In this document: positions 1 through 11,086 of the stretch, in pieces
How positions within the stretch are numbered: position 1 is the first letter of the stretch
Layout: every line of letters begins with the position of its first letter
Assembly (NCBI RefSeq): GCF_004010195.1
Contig: NC_057753.1
Location: 10,259,667 to 10,312,315 of the forward strand
Source of the DNA: Chiloscyllium plagiosum
Lineage: Eukaryota
Direction: 5' to 3'
Length of the DNA: 52,649 nucleotides
Program-made: the position numbers and the translations under genes
The notes under the pieces: generated by a model
Seen by the model: the letters and a program-made list of their open reading frames with translations, nothing else
What the model was told of the DNA's origin: nothing
The model's database searches: none

Positions 1-400
1 CCCTCCCTATTCTTTTTAAATGCTCTAAACCCTGGAACATCCAGCAACCATTCCTGCCCCTGAGAAACCCATGTCTCTGTTATGGTCACAACATCATAGC
101 ACCAGGTACTGATCCATGCTCTAAGTTTGTCACTTTTATTCCTGATACTCCTTGCGTTAAAGCAAACACACTTTAACTGATACCTTGGTTCCTTGCCAGG
201 AAAATCCTTCCCACTAGCTGGTCTACCTCTTGCTACTGCCTCATCTGCATCAACTCTCATCTCCGGTATACAGCTCAGGTTCCCACCCCCCTGCCATACT
301 AGTTTAAACCCTCTCGAACTACTCGCGCAAAACTTCCACCCAGGACATTGGTCCCCTTCCAGTTCAGATGCAACCCGTCCTTCTTGTACAGGTCTTGTAC
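1..400 (-). mobile_element. CR1-clade LINE fragment: ORF1 (SGNH esterase-type) C-terminus and start of ORF2 APE endonuclease
   Basis: Minus strand 299-400 reads DLYKKDGLHLNWKGTNVLGGSFARVVREGLN*. Minus strand ~176-1 reads LKCVCFNARSIRNKSDKLRAWISTWCYDVVTITETW, the N-terminal motifs of an APE endonuclease. Confidence 0.85.
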
Positions 401-599
401 AGGATTGGCTGTGCTAAAGTATGCATAATGTCCAGGGATGTGCAGGAAAAGTGCCTTAGGGTTACATGTAGAGCAAATGGGGTAGGGGAATGGGTGGGTT
501 ACCCTTGGGAGAGCCGGTGAAGCCGAGCGGCCTGCTTCCACACTGTGGGGAATTCTCTGAAGGGAAGGGGTTTTTGGAAAGTGCATTCTCCTACCCTTC

Positions 600-852
600 T
601 GCCGCAGGGCAACGCATGCGCAGTGTGGGGGCCCACTGACAGTCTTACCCCTCCCCCTTGACGTCACTTTTCCTCGCCCCGCCCTTCGTTTCTTTAAGAC
701 GTCACAACGCGGACGTCGCCCTGTCAGCTTCAAAGTGAATCTCCCTCCCTCTGGGCAACTCCTCATCCTGGTAGGGAGCCAGAGATGGGAGGAGGGGAAA
801 TTGTTCACTTGCAGCAACTGGAGTGAACAGACTCCCCAAACTCAGGTATGTG
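600..852 (+). promoter_or_regulatory. CpG-rich promoter-like segment with putative non-coding first exon (second copy ~2077-2329)
   Basis: NRF1-like ACGCATGCGCA (~612), full CRE TGACGTCA (659-666), GC box GCCCCGCCC (~676), further GACGTC sites, and a candidate donor CAG|GTATGT at ~846. Confidence 0.55.
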
Positions 853-1149
853 TCTTAATTATCCGGGTGAGGAGGAACAGAAGGATCGACTTTGGGAAGG
901 CGGAGGGGTAGATGGCTTTTCTGTTTTTATTTTTAAAATGCACCCGATTCCCACAAGTAACTGCAACATGCAATATTCCTCATTCCGCCTTGGTTTAACA
1001 TATTCAGCTTCCTTCCCTCATTCCCACCTCTCTTCTCCCCCCCCCCCCCCCGGCTCTAATGTTCAAGCTGACCCTCAAAAGATTGGTTTGTCCCTCCATT
1101 CTTTCCTGTTGTCTTTTGTGGGTTTTGAAAACTTTCCCAATCCTCTAAA

Positions 1150-1980
1150 TTTTAAGAGTTGGGAAGTTGTGTAGCTGCACCAGACATTGGTTAGGCCACT
1201 TTTGGAATATTGTGCAGTTTACAGTGTGGAAACAGGCCCTTCGGCCCAACAAGTCCACACTGACCCACCGAAGCGCAACCCACCCAGAAACCATTCCCCT
1301 ACATTTAATCCTTCACCTAACACTACAGGCAATTTAGCATGGCCAATTCACCTAACCTGCACATTTTTTTGGAATGGATTGTGGGAGGAAACCCACGCAG
1401 ACACGGGGAGAATGTGCAAACTCCACACACAGTTGCTTGAGGCGGGAATTGAACCTGGATCTCTGGTGCTGTGAGGCTGCAGTGCTAGCCACCGTGCCGC
1501 CCAGTTCTGGCCTCTCTGCTGGAGGAAGTATGTTGTGAAACTTGAAAGGGTTCAGAAAAGATTGACAAGGATATTGTCAGGGTTTGAGCTAAACAGGGTG
1601 GGGCTGTTTTCTCTTGAGCACTAGAGGCTGAGGGGTGACCCTACAAACTTTTATAAAATCATGAGGGGCATGCACAGGGTAAATAGATAAGGTCTTTTCC
1701 CTCAGTGGGTCATAGGTTCAGGGTGAAGGTGAGATTTAAAAGGAACCTAGGGGCAACTCCAGCAGGTGGTGGGTGCAAGGAATGAGTTGCCAGAGGAAGT
1801 GGTGATGGCTGGTACAATTACAACATTTAAAAGGCATCTGGATGAGTATATGAATGGGAAGGGTTTAGAGGGACATGGGCCAAGTGCTGGCAGATGGGAC
1901 TAGATTGATTTAGGATATCTGGTTGGCATGGACGAGTTGGACTGAAGGGACTATTTCTGTGCTGTATATCTGTGATTCTG
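1150..1980 (+). mobile_element. CR1 LINE 3' fragment interrupted by a SINE (duplicated at ~2630-3460)
   Basis: LVRPLLEYC motif plus the typical tail ggaatgagttgccagaggaagtggtg...gctgtatatctgtga. Confidence 0.85.
1219..1502 (-). mobile_element. tRNA-derived V-SINE (HE1-like)
   Basis: Reverse complement of the gggcggcacggtggc...gggcctgtttccacactgta family. Flanked by cagtt on both sides (candidate target-site duplication). Confidence 0.88.
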
Positions 1981-2697
1981 GCTTGCCACTAATGTTTGCC
2001 ACGTCTGCCTGCTTCCACACTGTGGGGAATTCTCTGAAGGGAAGGGGTTTTTGGAAAGTGCATTCTCCTACCCTTCTGCCGCAGGGCAACGCATGCGCAG
2101 TGAGGGGGCCCGCTGACAGTCTTGCCCCGCCCCCTTGACGTCACTTTTCCTCGCCCCGCCCTTCGTTTCTTTAAGACGTCACAACGCGGACGTCGCCCTG
2201 TCAGCTTCAAAGTGAATCTCCCTCCCTCTGGGCAACTCCTCATCCTGGTAGGGAGCCAGAGATGGGAGGAGGGGAAATTGTTCACTTGCAGCAACTGGAG
2301 TGAACAGACTCCCCAAACTCAGGTATGTGTCTTAATTATCCGGGTGAGGAGGAACAGAAGGATCGACTTTGGGAAGGCGGAGGGGTAGATGGCTTTTCTG
2401 TTTTTATTTTTAAAATGCACCCGATTCCCACAAGTAACTGCAACATGCAATATTCCTCATTCCGCCTTGGTTTAACATATTCAGCTTCCTTCCCTCATTC
2501 CCACCTCTCTTCTCCCCCCCCCCCACCCCCGGCTCTAATGTTCAAGCTGACCCTCAAAAGATTGGTTTGTCCCTCCATTCTTTCCTGTTGTCTTTTGTGG
2601 GTTTTGAAAACTTTCCCAATCCTCTAAATTTTAAGAGTTGGGAAGTTGTGTAGCTGCACCAGACATTGGTTAGGCCACTTTTGGAATATTGTGCAGT

Positions 2698-2981
2698 TTA
2701 CAGTGTGGAAACAGGCCCTTCGGCCCAACAAGTCCACACCGACCCACCGAAGCGCAACCCACCCAGAAACCATTCCCCTACATTTAATCCTTCACCTAAC
2801 ACTACAGGCAATTTAGCATGGCCAATTCACCTAACCTGCACATTTTTTTGGAATGGATTGTGGGAGGAAACCCACGCAGACACGGGGAGAATGTGCAAAC
2901 TCCACACACAGTTGCTTGAGGCGGGAATTGAACCTGGATCTCTGGTGCTGTGAGGCTGCAGTGCTAGCCACCGTGCCGCCC
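2698..2981 (-). mobile_element. tRNA-derived V-SINE (HE1-like), duplicate of 1219-1502
   Basis: Near-identical to 1219-1502 and inside the tandem duplication. Confidence 0.88.
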
Positions 2982-3584
2982 AGTTCTGGCCTCTCTGCTG
3001 GAGGAAGTATGTTGTGAAACTTGAAAGGGTTCAGAAAAGATTGACAAGGATATTGTCAGGGTTTGAGCTAAACAGGGTGGGGCTGTTTTCTCTTGAGCAC
3101 TAGAGGCTGAGGGGTGACCCTACAAACTTTTATAAAATCATGAGGGGCATGCACAGGGTAAATAGATAAGGTCTTTTCCCTCAGTGGGTCATAGGTTCAG
3201 GGTGAAGGTGAGATTTAAAAGGAACCTAGGGGCAACTCCAGCAGGTGGTGGGTGCAAGGAATGAGTTGCCAGAGGAAGTGGTGATGGCTGGTACAATTAC
3301 AACATTTAAAAGGCATCTGGATGAGTATATGAATGGGAAGGGTTTAGAGGGACATGGGCCAAGTGCTGGCAGATGGGACTAGATTGATTTAGGATATCTG
3401 GTTGGCATGGACGAGTTGGACTGAAGGGACTATTTCTGTGCTGTATATCTGTGATTCTGGCTTGCCACTAATGTTTGCCACGTCTTTTATGTTCAGTTTC
3501 TCTCTGGTGTTGGAGTTAATGACTTGATGTCTCATTTTGCTCCCCACATCCTGGGGACATTAACCATTTCCTTTCTGGATGTTC

Positions 3585-4150
3585 TGATGATCCGGGTCAT
3601 CGGGTTTCTGCGATTGGTCAATAAACACATTTGGAAATGACTTTGTCAATCACACAAGCAATAGTTTATTCTTTGATACGGCCGGGTCGGTAGACTCTGA
3701 TCAGCCCAGAAGGATGAGTACTCCGAGACCACCAAAAGAATCAGCCAACTTTTACAGAGTTTGCATAGAGCTTATGTACATTGTTTATAGTCAGACATGG
3801 AACATGATCACAAATTCACAACCAATCAGATCCCACGATGTCCTCATCCACTATTGACTTAGTCTATCACAATTTCTTGTAAACAACCTGTTCTTGGAAT
3901 TGTATTTGTCCTGTCCGGTGGTTAGGGCTAAGCCGTTACTTCTGCGATTAATGGTTAAGTTCACATTGTTACTTCTGCATTTGCCATTTTTTTTCACCAG
4001 GTTTAAGTCAGTCTGTGGTTTCTTGTTCTGAGTCACCAGTATCTGCCTGACTCAGGTCAGACCAAGTTAGCCAAGCAGAAGCCATTTTGTGCAGCTCCTT
4101 CAGCCATTTTGTCCTACCTCCCAGATGCCCACATTCTCATTCCTCCCTTT
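3585..4150 (-). mobile_element. Retroviral 3' LTR with polypurine tract
   Basis: Minus strand has PPT AAAGGGAGGAA (4150-4140) immediately followed by TGAGAATG (4139), an inverted CCAAT (3822-3826), TATAAA (3789-3784), AATAAA (3670-3665) and a candidate end ...GATCATCA at 3585. It lies just downstream of env. Confidence 0.75.
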
Positions 4151-4367
4151 GATCGCACCGTGATCACTGAAAGGGAAGGCTAATCCAGACAAATGCCCTT
4201 CAAGGTGGTCCTGCCATCAACATCCTCTAGAGCAGCACCACCATCTTCGCAGCTCATCTGGTCATATTTATCATTGCCGTCATCAAATGTGGGTGAGCCA
4301 TCGGATCACAAAAGGAGCATCTTCTGGGGCAAATCTATATCACTAAGGGACCTCATAAGCTTAGCAA

Positions 4368-4960
4368 TTAAATACCTAACAATAGCAATACTGACAAACA
4401 GAGGAAAATTATTCTGACATACATAGCTAAATTGATAAGCCAATTGTACCAAGAGCCCGATCCCCAGTTTCCCCAACTGGTCCCTTCCAGGAACACCTTG
4501 TACCTTAGTAATATTGTCAGTGAGATTGGGAATGCCCATAATGCACTTATCTTGGACAATAGTGCAGTCTCCGCCTTCCCGGGCTAGTAGATAGTCTAAG
4601 GCATATCGATTCTGCATAGAGTAAAGACTCAGATCTGATAATCCCAGTTTAATCTGTTCCAGAGCCTCTTTAGTCTTATTTCCAAAAATGGTCAGGCTGC
4701 AAAAGAGTGAATTGTGGTTCTTTTGACTTATCACCCCTGCTGATTCTTCCAACCTCAGGGTACTTGGGAATCCCCAGTCTATCGAGTGTCCTTCCAGTTG
4801 GAGCAAGGCTGGCTGAGACCGACCGCTGCATCCTCCTCAGATGGAGGTTCCATCGACTTGTCCACTGACCAGGACAAGGTACTGTTGTGGGAACAAGGGC
4901 TCTGATAGTGAACATCTTATGGGGAACATCTTTGCCATCAATAATACAGATGGTGGTGGT
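4368..4960 (-). pseudogene. env: Endogenous retrovirus envelope remnant (SU C-terminus and TM), frameshifted
   Basis: Furin site RRMQR/S, heptad region, immunosuppressive domain QNRYALDYLLAREGG, CX6C motif CTIVQDKC, and in another frame a Trp-rich plus hydrophobic anchor WGNWGSGSWYNWLINLAMYVRIIFLCLSVLLLLGI. Confidence 0.9.
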
Positions 4961-4974
4961 GGGGGGGAAGAGGA

Positions 4975-5395
4975 GTGTGTGCACTTTGATCTTGAGCTGT
5001 TTAAAAAGCAGCCACTTTTTTTCTGCCTTTTTGCTGGGGGGATCTGAAGCTGTAACAAAGTTGGGTCACAATAAAGGTTACCTGAACTTACTCATTGGAA
5101 GCTTTGAGCCCCAAGAGGTTTTTGTTTTAAAGCTGCTCATTTCTTTCAGCCTCCTGCAGTAAGTTTCCAATGTCATGTATCAGATGGAGTAGTGAATGAG
5201 TAGCTAGTAAAAGCTGCTCACTTCTTTCAGCCTCCTGCAGTAAGTTTCCAATGTCGTGTATCAGATGGAGTAGTGAATGAGTAGCTAGTATCGTTAGAAA
5301 TTGTAAACCTTTCAGGAGTGCAGAGTGCATTGTTTCATCAGCATTGTAAAGTTTACTGGCAGCACCGGGAGCTGTGGGCTGTGTTCACTAAAAAC
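4975..5395 (+). other. Orphan zinc-finger-gene 3'UTR module with AATAAA (5070-5075)
   Basis: Homologous to the sequence downstream of the ZF ORFs at 12086-12400 (-), 35228-35580 (+) and 47285-47529 (+), sharing ctgaagctgtaa...caataaa.gttacctgaa. Confidence 0.8.
5129..5290 (+). repeat. 81-bp tandem duplication (2 copies)
   Basis: aaagctgctca...gagtagctagta at 5129-5209 and 5210-5290, with 2 visible mismatches. Confidence 0.95.
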
Positions 5396-5397
5396 GA

Positions 5398-5780
5398 TGT
5401 GGAGGTGCCAGTGTTGGATTCTGGTGGGTAAAGTTTAAAAATCTGACAACACCAGGTAATAGTCCAATAGATTTGTTTGGAAACAGCTTTCGGAGCGCTG
5501 TTCCTTCATCAGGTGGTTGTGGAGAATAAAATCATGGTCACAATTTATATTCAAAGGAGTCCATTGTCACAGAGCTGTGATACATTAAGCAATTTTAGAT
5601 TAAGTCTTTCATCTTTTAGAATGGGTTTCTGCTCTTTGGTATGTTATTCCCAGGACGTGTTTTAAATAGCATTCTCAACACTGTAATTTAAATGCAGAGC
5701 TTTTCTAACAAAAATGTCAGTCTGACTCAACATTGGGACCCAGACAGAATTCACAGCTATTGTTAGAAACGTTCTGCATT
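5398..5780 (-). mobile_element. Penelope-like terminal repeat with hammerhead motif
   Basis: Homologous to the 3' terminal region of the Penelope element at 38100-38553. Minus strand 5512-5488 reads CTGATGA-AGGAACAGCGCTCC-GAAA. Confidence 0.75.
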
Positions 5781-5789
5781 GAAATGACA

Positions 5790-6560
5790 TTTACCACCAC
5801 CACCCATGGCGCCTCTGTGCATTCTCGCCCACAGTGCCCCCAGTCCATTGCCCTCCATGATCCACAGCATTCTGTCCATTCTATCTCTCCCTCAACATCC
5901 GCTCCATTCTCTCTCATGCCACCCTCTGCACCCTTGTCCATTTTCTGTCTCTTGTTCCCCTCCCTCAGCCCACTCCTGTCCATTGTCTTTCCCTGCAGCC
6001 ACCCCCCCCCCCCCCCCCAATAGAAGTCATTTCTCGAACCCTCTTTGATCGCTGTATTAAACTGATGAAGGCAGAGAGGATGGATGCTGACAACTCGACC
6101 TGGGAGACAGGAGAGGTGAGAAATGGGTTATATTTAAAATTGAGAATAGGTAAAATAATACATTCAGAAAATCGTTAAAGTCGGAAAGCAAGTTCAATTT
6201 TTTAAAAGAGCTGATGAAATCTTTCTGAAACTTGCACTATAATATATGCAGTTCGACCACAGCTCAGGACAGGCTGGAAGGGGTGAATGGCCTATTCCTA
6301 GTCTTGTGAAATTGCTTCTGACTATGTAGAAATAGAGTCATAGAGTTGTACAGCATGGAAACAAACCCTTCAGTCCACGCCAACCAGATATCCTAAATTA
6401 ACCTAGTGACCCATTTGCCAGAATTTGGCCCCTGTCTCTCTAACCCTTCCTTATTCATATCCCCATCCAGATGCCTTTTAAATGCTGTAATTGTACCAGT
6501 CTCCACCACTTCCTCTGGCAGCTCATTCCATACACGCACCACCCTCTGCGTGAAAAGGTT
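5790..6560 (+). repeat. Segmental paralog (inverted) of 20945-21900
   Basis: The segments aaaattgagaatag...ccacagctcaggacaggctggaaggggtgaatggcctattcct, the adjacent CR1 tail and the degenerate minisatellite recur reverse-complemented at ~21 kb. Confidence 0.85.
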
Positions 6561-6589
6561 GCCCCCCCCCCCTCCACCACCACCACCAT

Positions 6590-6850
6590 CCCTCTCTCCC
6601 TCCCAGGATGAAGAGTTGCCCAGAGGGAGGTGGTTTCAGTCTGAAACTCAGAAGATCATTTCTGCACAGTGACATCAACAATGGAGCAAGAGGGTGGGGT
6701 GAAGTGTCTGGGTAATAGGCCAGGGAAGGGCAGGGCCATGCTGAAGGCGGGCCCCAATACTGTGCCTGCTGCGCATGGCTAGCCTGCACTGCCTTGCAGA
6801 GTTTGCAAAAATCCCTTCCTTTCAGAGAATCTCCACAGTGTGGAAGTGGG
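6590..6850 (-). promoter_or_regulatory. Diverged inverted paralog of the promoter-like segment at 530-790
   Basis: Reverse complement contains cttccacactgtggagattctctgaaaggaaggg and cctccctctgggcaactcttcatcctgg, matching 535-570 and 744-775. Confidence 0.7.
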
Positions 6851-7059
6851 TCACTCGGCTCAATGAGTCCACACTGACCCACCAAAGGGTAACTCACCCA
6901 CACCTGTTCCCCTACCCCTATTGCTCAATATTTACACCTGACTAATACACCTAACGTGCACATCTTTGGGCACTGAGTAATTTAGCACAACCATTCTGCC
7001 CTAACCTGCACATCCTTGGGTACTATGAGTAATTTAGCATGGTCAATACAATCTCATCT

Positions 7060-7560
7060 GGACAAAGTTAAAAATCAGACAACACCAGGTTAGAGTCCAA
7101 CAGGTCTATTTGGAAGGATTTACTATTTGGAGGGCTGTTCCTTCATCAGGTAATTGTGGAGAATAAGATCATAAGGCACAGAATTTATAGAAAAACCTGA
7201 CAGTGTCCTGCAACTGAAATTATATGTTGACAAACCAGGATTGTTGAGTCTTTCATCTTTTAGAATGGGTTGCAGGTATCATTAATGTAAATCCCAGAAC
7301 TTCCTGTAAGGCACCTTCGCGATAACACAAGGCTTTATAACAAACTGTGACATCTTAGCTCAGAAAATGCATTAAAAGAGTGTGGTCAGAGTCTGTCTGT
7401 ATTCCAATCTTGAATCAGGCTGGTTCTATTTCCAAAGTGTAATTTAAAAACATTACATGGATTGATTGTCTGCAGATTGTGCATTTTTTGAGCAAAGTAG
7501 AACGTATCCGCAAATATCATTCGGTCAATACAAATTGACCCCTTTGGACTTGTGTGTGCG
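7060..7560 (-). mobile_element. Penelope-like terminal repeat (degenerate hammerhead)
   Basis: caaagttaaaaatcagacaacaccagg...gttccttcatcagg, homologous to 5398-5780, 38100-38553 and 47775-48190. Confidence 0.75.
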
Positions 7561-7604
7561 CGCAAATGCTCATGAAAGAGAAAAAGTCTGTATCAGTGCT
7601 GTAT

Positions 7605-8720
7605 ATCTTTGTCTATTTGATAACAGATGCTTCATTTCCATTGATGTAAATATTGCTGTAAATCACAGCTGGCTTCTAATGGTTAGATCTAAGGGAGAGA
7701 GAATTCAAGTGCGGCACTATCAGAATCCTGGGAGAGCCCCTTTTCTGGTTTACTTCCTAATGAACCAACATTAAACACAAGCACTTATTTATTTCTAATT
7801 TTGTTTCATTTTATTTGCTTGGTTTCCTGCTATGACTACACTGTGTCTGGATGGTTGACAGCCTGGGAGATTGTGGGCTGGGTCTCAATGGCCTGAATGT
7901 TTTATTGTTCTGGAAAGAGTAATGACGGGTCAAAGCTTCAACAAAAATCCAGCAGAGCTCAGAACAGACCGACATCATACTCTGGGAACAGGGAGATCAA
8001 CAGAGGACAGAAATCAGGACCAGAAATCCAAGCTGACATCATACTATCCTGTCATCAGTGCTTTGATTAGCAGTGTCAACCCTCTATCTTTACCTAGCTT
8101 CACATTTGACCAAACCCTCAATATTCAGGATCCAATTTCTGCCATCCTGAAAGCAGGTCTCTGCAAGAAGTCTCAGATAATAATTATTCTCTTCAATGTG
8201 TGCAGTCAATTCATTCACTTTTTATGATCTTTAAAATCCAGTTTTGATTGCTGGTATGTTTACTTTCCTTGTTCCTTTTTATCATTCTCTGATGTTCATT
8301 TTCCACATCACTATAGTGCACACCAGCCCTGATTTTGATTCGCTATGTTAAATTGCCCAGAGTGTCCAGGGATGGGCAGGTTAGGTGGGTTAGCCAATGG
8401 GAAATGCAGGGTTATAGTCTCATACCAACAGAAGTAGGAGTAGGCCATTTGGCCCATCCAGCCTGCTCCACCATTCATTAAGATCTTTACATCGTCTCAG
8501 CTCCTCCTCCCTGCATTATCCCAACTACCCTTAATTCCCCGCTCATGCAAAAACCCATCCAACTGTGTCTTGAATATAATGAAGCTGCCTCTACTGCTTC
8601 CTTGGACAGACAATTCCATAGATTCACTACTCTCTGGGAAAAGTAGTTCCTCTCATCTGTGTCCTAAATCCAGTCCCCCAAATCTTTTGGCCTAGTCTAA
8701 TCCACCAGCAGAAATGACTG
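7605..8720 (+). repeat. Third copy of the ZF-intron segmental block (inverted to 31775-32990; direct to 50015-50415)
   Basis: Shared runs tatttgataacagatgc, gagatcaacagaggacagaaatcaggac and ccaccagcagaaatgactg in the same order. Includes a CR1 endonuclease fragment (~8040-8225, -). Confidence 0.85.
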
Positions 8721-8734
8721 CTTTCACTGAAGAT

Positions 8735-9530
8735 GATTAGAGTCCACCAAAATGGAAACAGACCGTTCGGCCCAACTCGTCCGTGCCAACGATATATCCG
8801 AAATCAATCTGTCCCCATTTGCCAGCATTTAGCCCATGTCTTCTCAAACCTTCCATTTATGTACACACCCATATGCCTTTTAAATATTGTAATTGTACCG
8901 GCCTCCACCACTTTCCCTGGCAGCTCATTCCATACACGACCACCCTCTGCATCAAAACATTGTCCCTTAGGTCCCTTTTAAATCTTTGTCCTCTCACCTC
9001 TAACTCATGCCCTTGAGTTTGGACTCCCCTACCCTGCGGAAAAGACATTGGGTATTCACCCTATCCATGCCCCTTATAAATGTCAATAAGGTTACCCCTC
9101 AGACTCTGATGCCTCAGAGAAAATTTCTCTGGCCTATTCAGCTTCTCCCTGTAGTTCAAGCCCTCCAACTCTGGCAACAGTCTTGTAAATCTTTACAACC
9201 CCTTTCAAAGTTTCGCAAGTTCGTTCTGACATCAGGGAGACTAGAACCGAATGCAGTATTCCAAAACTGGCCAAAACAAAGTACAGCCACAACATGATGT
9301 CCCATCTCGTATACTCAATGCTCTGACCAATAAAGGAAAGCATACCAAACATCATCTTCACTATCCTGTCTACCTGCAACTCCACTTTCAGGGAACTATG
9401 GACCTGCACTCAAAGGTCTCTTTGTTCTGTAACACTCCCCTTAACTGTGTCAGTCCTGCCTGGATTGCTTGACCAAAATGCAAACCTGATATTTCTCCAA
9501 ATTAAACTGCATCTGTCACTGCTCATCTCA
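8735..9530 (-). mobile_element. CR1 LINE 3' fragment
   Basis: Minus ORFs read QVHSSLKVELQVDRIVK...GMLSFIGQSIEY, plus the standard tail. Confidence 0.85.
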
Positions 9531-9603
9531 TCCAATCAATTCTAATTTATACTGAACTCTCTTTCCTCTCATTCCCTAGAAGCTAAAAATCTCCATCCAT
9601 TGT

Positions 9604-9937
9604 GGGCGGCACGGTGGCACAGTGGTTAGCACTGCTGCCTCACAGTGCCAGAGACCCGGGTTCAATTCCCGCCTCAGGCGACTGACTGTGTGGAGTTTGC
9701 ATGTTCTCCCCGTGTCTGCGTGGGTATCCTCCGGGTGCTCCGGTTTCCTCCCACAGTCCAAAGATGTGCGGGTCAGGTGAATTGGCCATGCTAAATTGCC
9801 CGTAGTGTTAGGTAAGGGGTAAATGTAGGGGTATGGATGGGTTGCACTTCGGCGGGGCGGTGTGGACTTGTTGGGCCGAAGGGCCTGTTTCCACACTGTA
9901 ATGTAATCTAATCTAAAAAATCTAATCTAATCTAATC
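9604..9937 (+). mobile_element. Full-length tRNA-derived V-SINE (HE1-like)
   Basis: A box TGGCACAGTGG, B box GGTTCAATTCC, body gtgtggagtttgca, and an (AATCT)n tail. Confidence 0.92.
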
Positions 9938-10199
9938 CCACACTCTCTCCCTCCATTTTCACTTTGCGTGAAAGTGGGAGAATAGGGTTGAGAAACTTAT
10001 CATCCACAACTGAATGGTCTGAACAGCCTAATTTCTGCTCCTATGTCACATGGTCTCTTGCTGTCCAGGACACAGTGAGGGAATGGGAACAGGATTAGGC
10101 CATTTGGTCTTTCGAGCCTGGACCAGCATTGAACAGATCATAACTGGATATGAATCTACCCCCATTTAGATGAATGGGCTGAGACTGTTTCACTGGAAG

Positions 10200-10392
10200 A
10201 AAGTGAGGGCTGTAGATGCTGGAGATCAGAGTCAAGAGTGTGGTGCTGGAAAAGCATAGCAGGTCAGGGAGCATCTGAGGAGCAGGAGAATCTTTTGATT
10301 CCTGATGAAGGTCTTATGCCCGAAACATCAATTCTGCTGCTCCTTGGATGCTGCCTGACCTGCTGTGCTTTTCCAGCACTACATTCTCGACA
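10200..10392. mobile_element. Palindromic Penelope-derived short element with hammerhead motif in the loop
   Basis: ~60-bp inverted arms (10231-10291 / 10331-10391) enclose CTGATGA-AGGTCTTATGCCC-GAAACATC (10302-10329). Confidence 0.8.
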
Positions 10393-10625
10393 CTAATTTA
10401 AGATATCTGGTTGGCATGGAGGGTTGGACCAAAGGATCTATTTCTGAGCTGTGGCTGTGGTAGCGAGTCTGCTTGAGGATGTGGCTGAAGAGCTTTAGGG
10501 CAGAGGAAAGGACTTAGTGAGTTCCTCTCTCACTGTACCTCCCCGTGATCTTTGTAGAGAGAGGAGGAGAACTCCTAGGTAGGTATACTTGGAAGAGGCT
10601 TCGCAGTAAGATTGAAATCAACTCA

Positions 10626-11077
10626 AAGTGAGGACTGCAGATGCTGGAGATCAGAGTCGAGAGTGTGGTGCTGGAAAAGCACAGTAGGTTCCGCCTAGGA
10701 ACCCTCCAACCACAAGGGATGAACTCAGATTTCTCCAGTTTCCTCATTTCCCCCTCCCCCCCAACCCTGTCTCAGTCAAATCCATCAAACTCAGCACCAC
10801 CTTCCTAACCTGCAATCTTCTTCCTGACCTCTCCGCCCAACCCCACTTCGGCCTATCATCCTCACCTTGACCTCGTTACACCTATCGCATTTCCAATGCC
10901 CCTCCCCCAAGTCCCTCCTCCCTACCTTTTATCTTAGCCTGCTGGACACACTTTCCTCATTCCTGAAAAAGGGCTTATGCCCGAAACGTCGATTCTCCTG
11001 TTTCTTGGATGCTGCCTGACCTGCTGCGCTTTTCCAGCACCACATTTTCAGCTCTGATCTCCAGCATCTGCAGTCCT
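10626..11077 (+). mobile_element. 5'-truncated Penelope element: inverted terminal piece, GIY-YIG C-terminus and terminal repeat
   Basis: 10689-10750 reads FRLGTLQPQGMNSDFSSFLIS. Hammerhead-like CTGAAAA-AGGGCTTATGCCC-GAAACGTC at 10963-10990. 10626-10687 is inverted to ~11020-11077. Confidence 0.8.
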
Positions 11078-11086
11078 CTTTTTCAT

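Larger units (their letters stand above)
530..3485 (+). repeat. Near-identical direct tandem duplication (530-2006 and 2007-3485)
   Basis: Both copies start gcctgcttccacactgtgggg and end gtttgccacgtct. The ORF track repeats at an offset of 1477-1479 bp. Only a few substitutions and a poly-C length difference are visible. Confidence 0.97.

Noticed and set aside
299..817. 172-aa minus-strand ORF
   Set aside because: Chance read-through of promoter DNA, a SINE remnant and the last ~35 codons of CR1 ORF1; not a coherent gene.
1187..2953. Identical 95-aa ORFs and similar ORFs at 9576, 26750 and 36921
   Set aside because: Translations of HE1-like SINEs and flanking CR1; the similarity reflects repeat copy number.
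4306..4806. Co-opted syncytin-like env gene
   Set aside because: Several frameshifts, most of SU and the signal peptide missing, anchor out of frame.
9604..9680. tRNA-like A and B boxes (also 37066, 49696)
   Set aside because: SINE heads followed by SINE body and tail; no full cloverleaf, so not tRNA genes.
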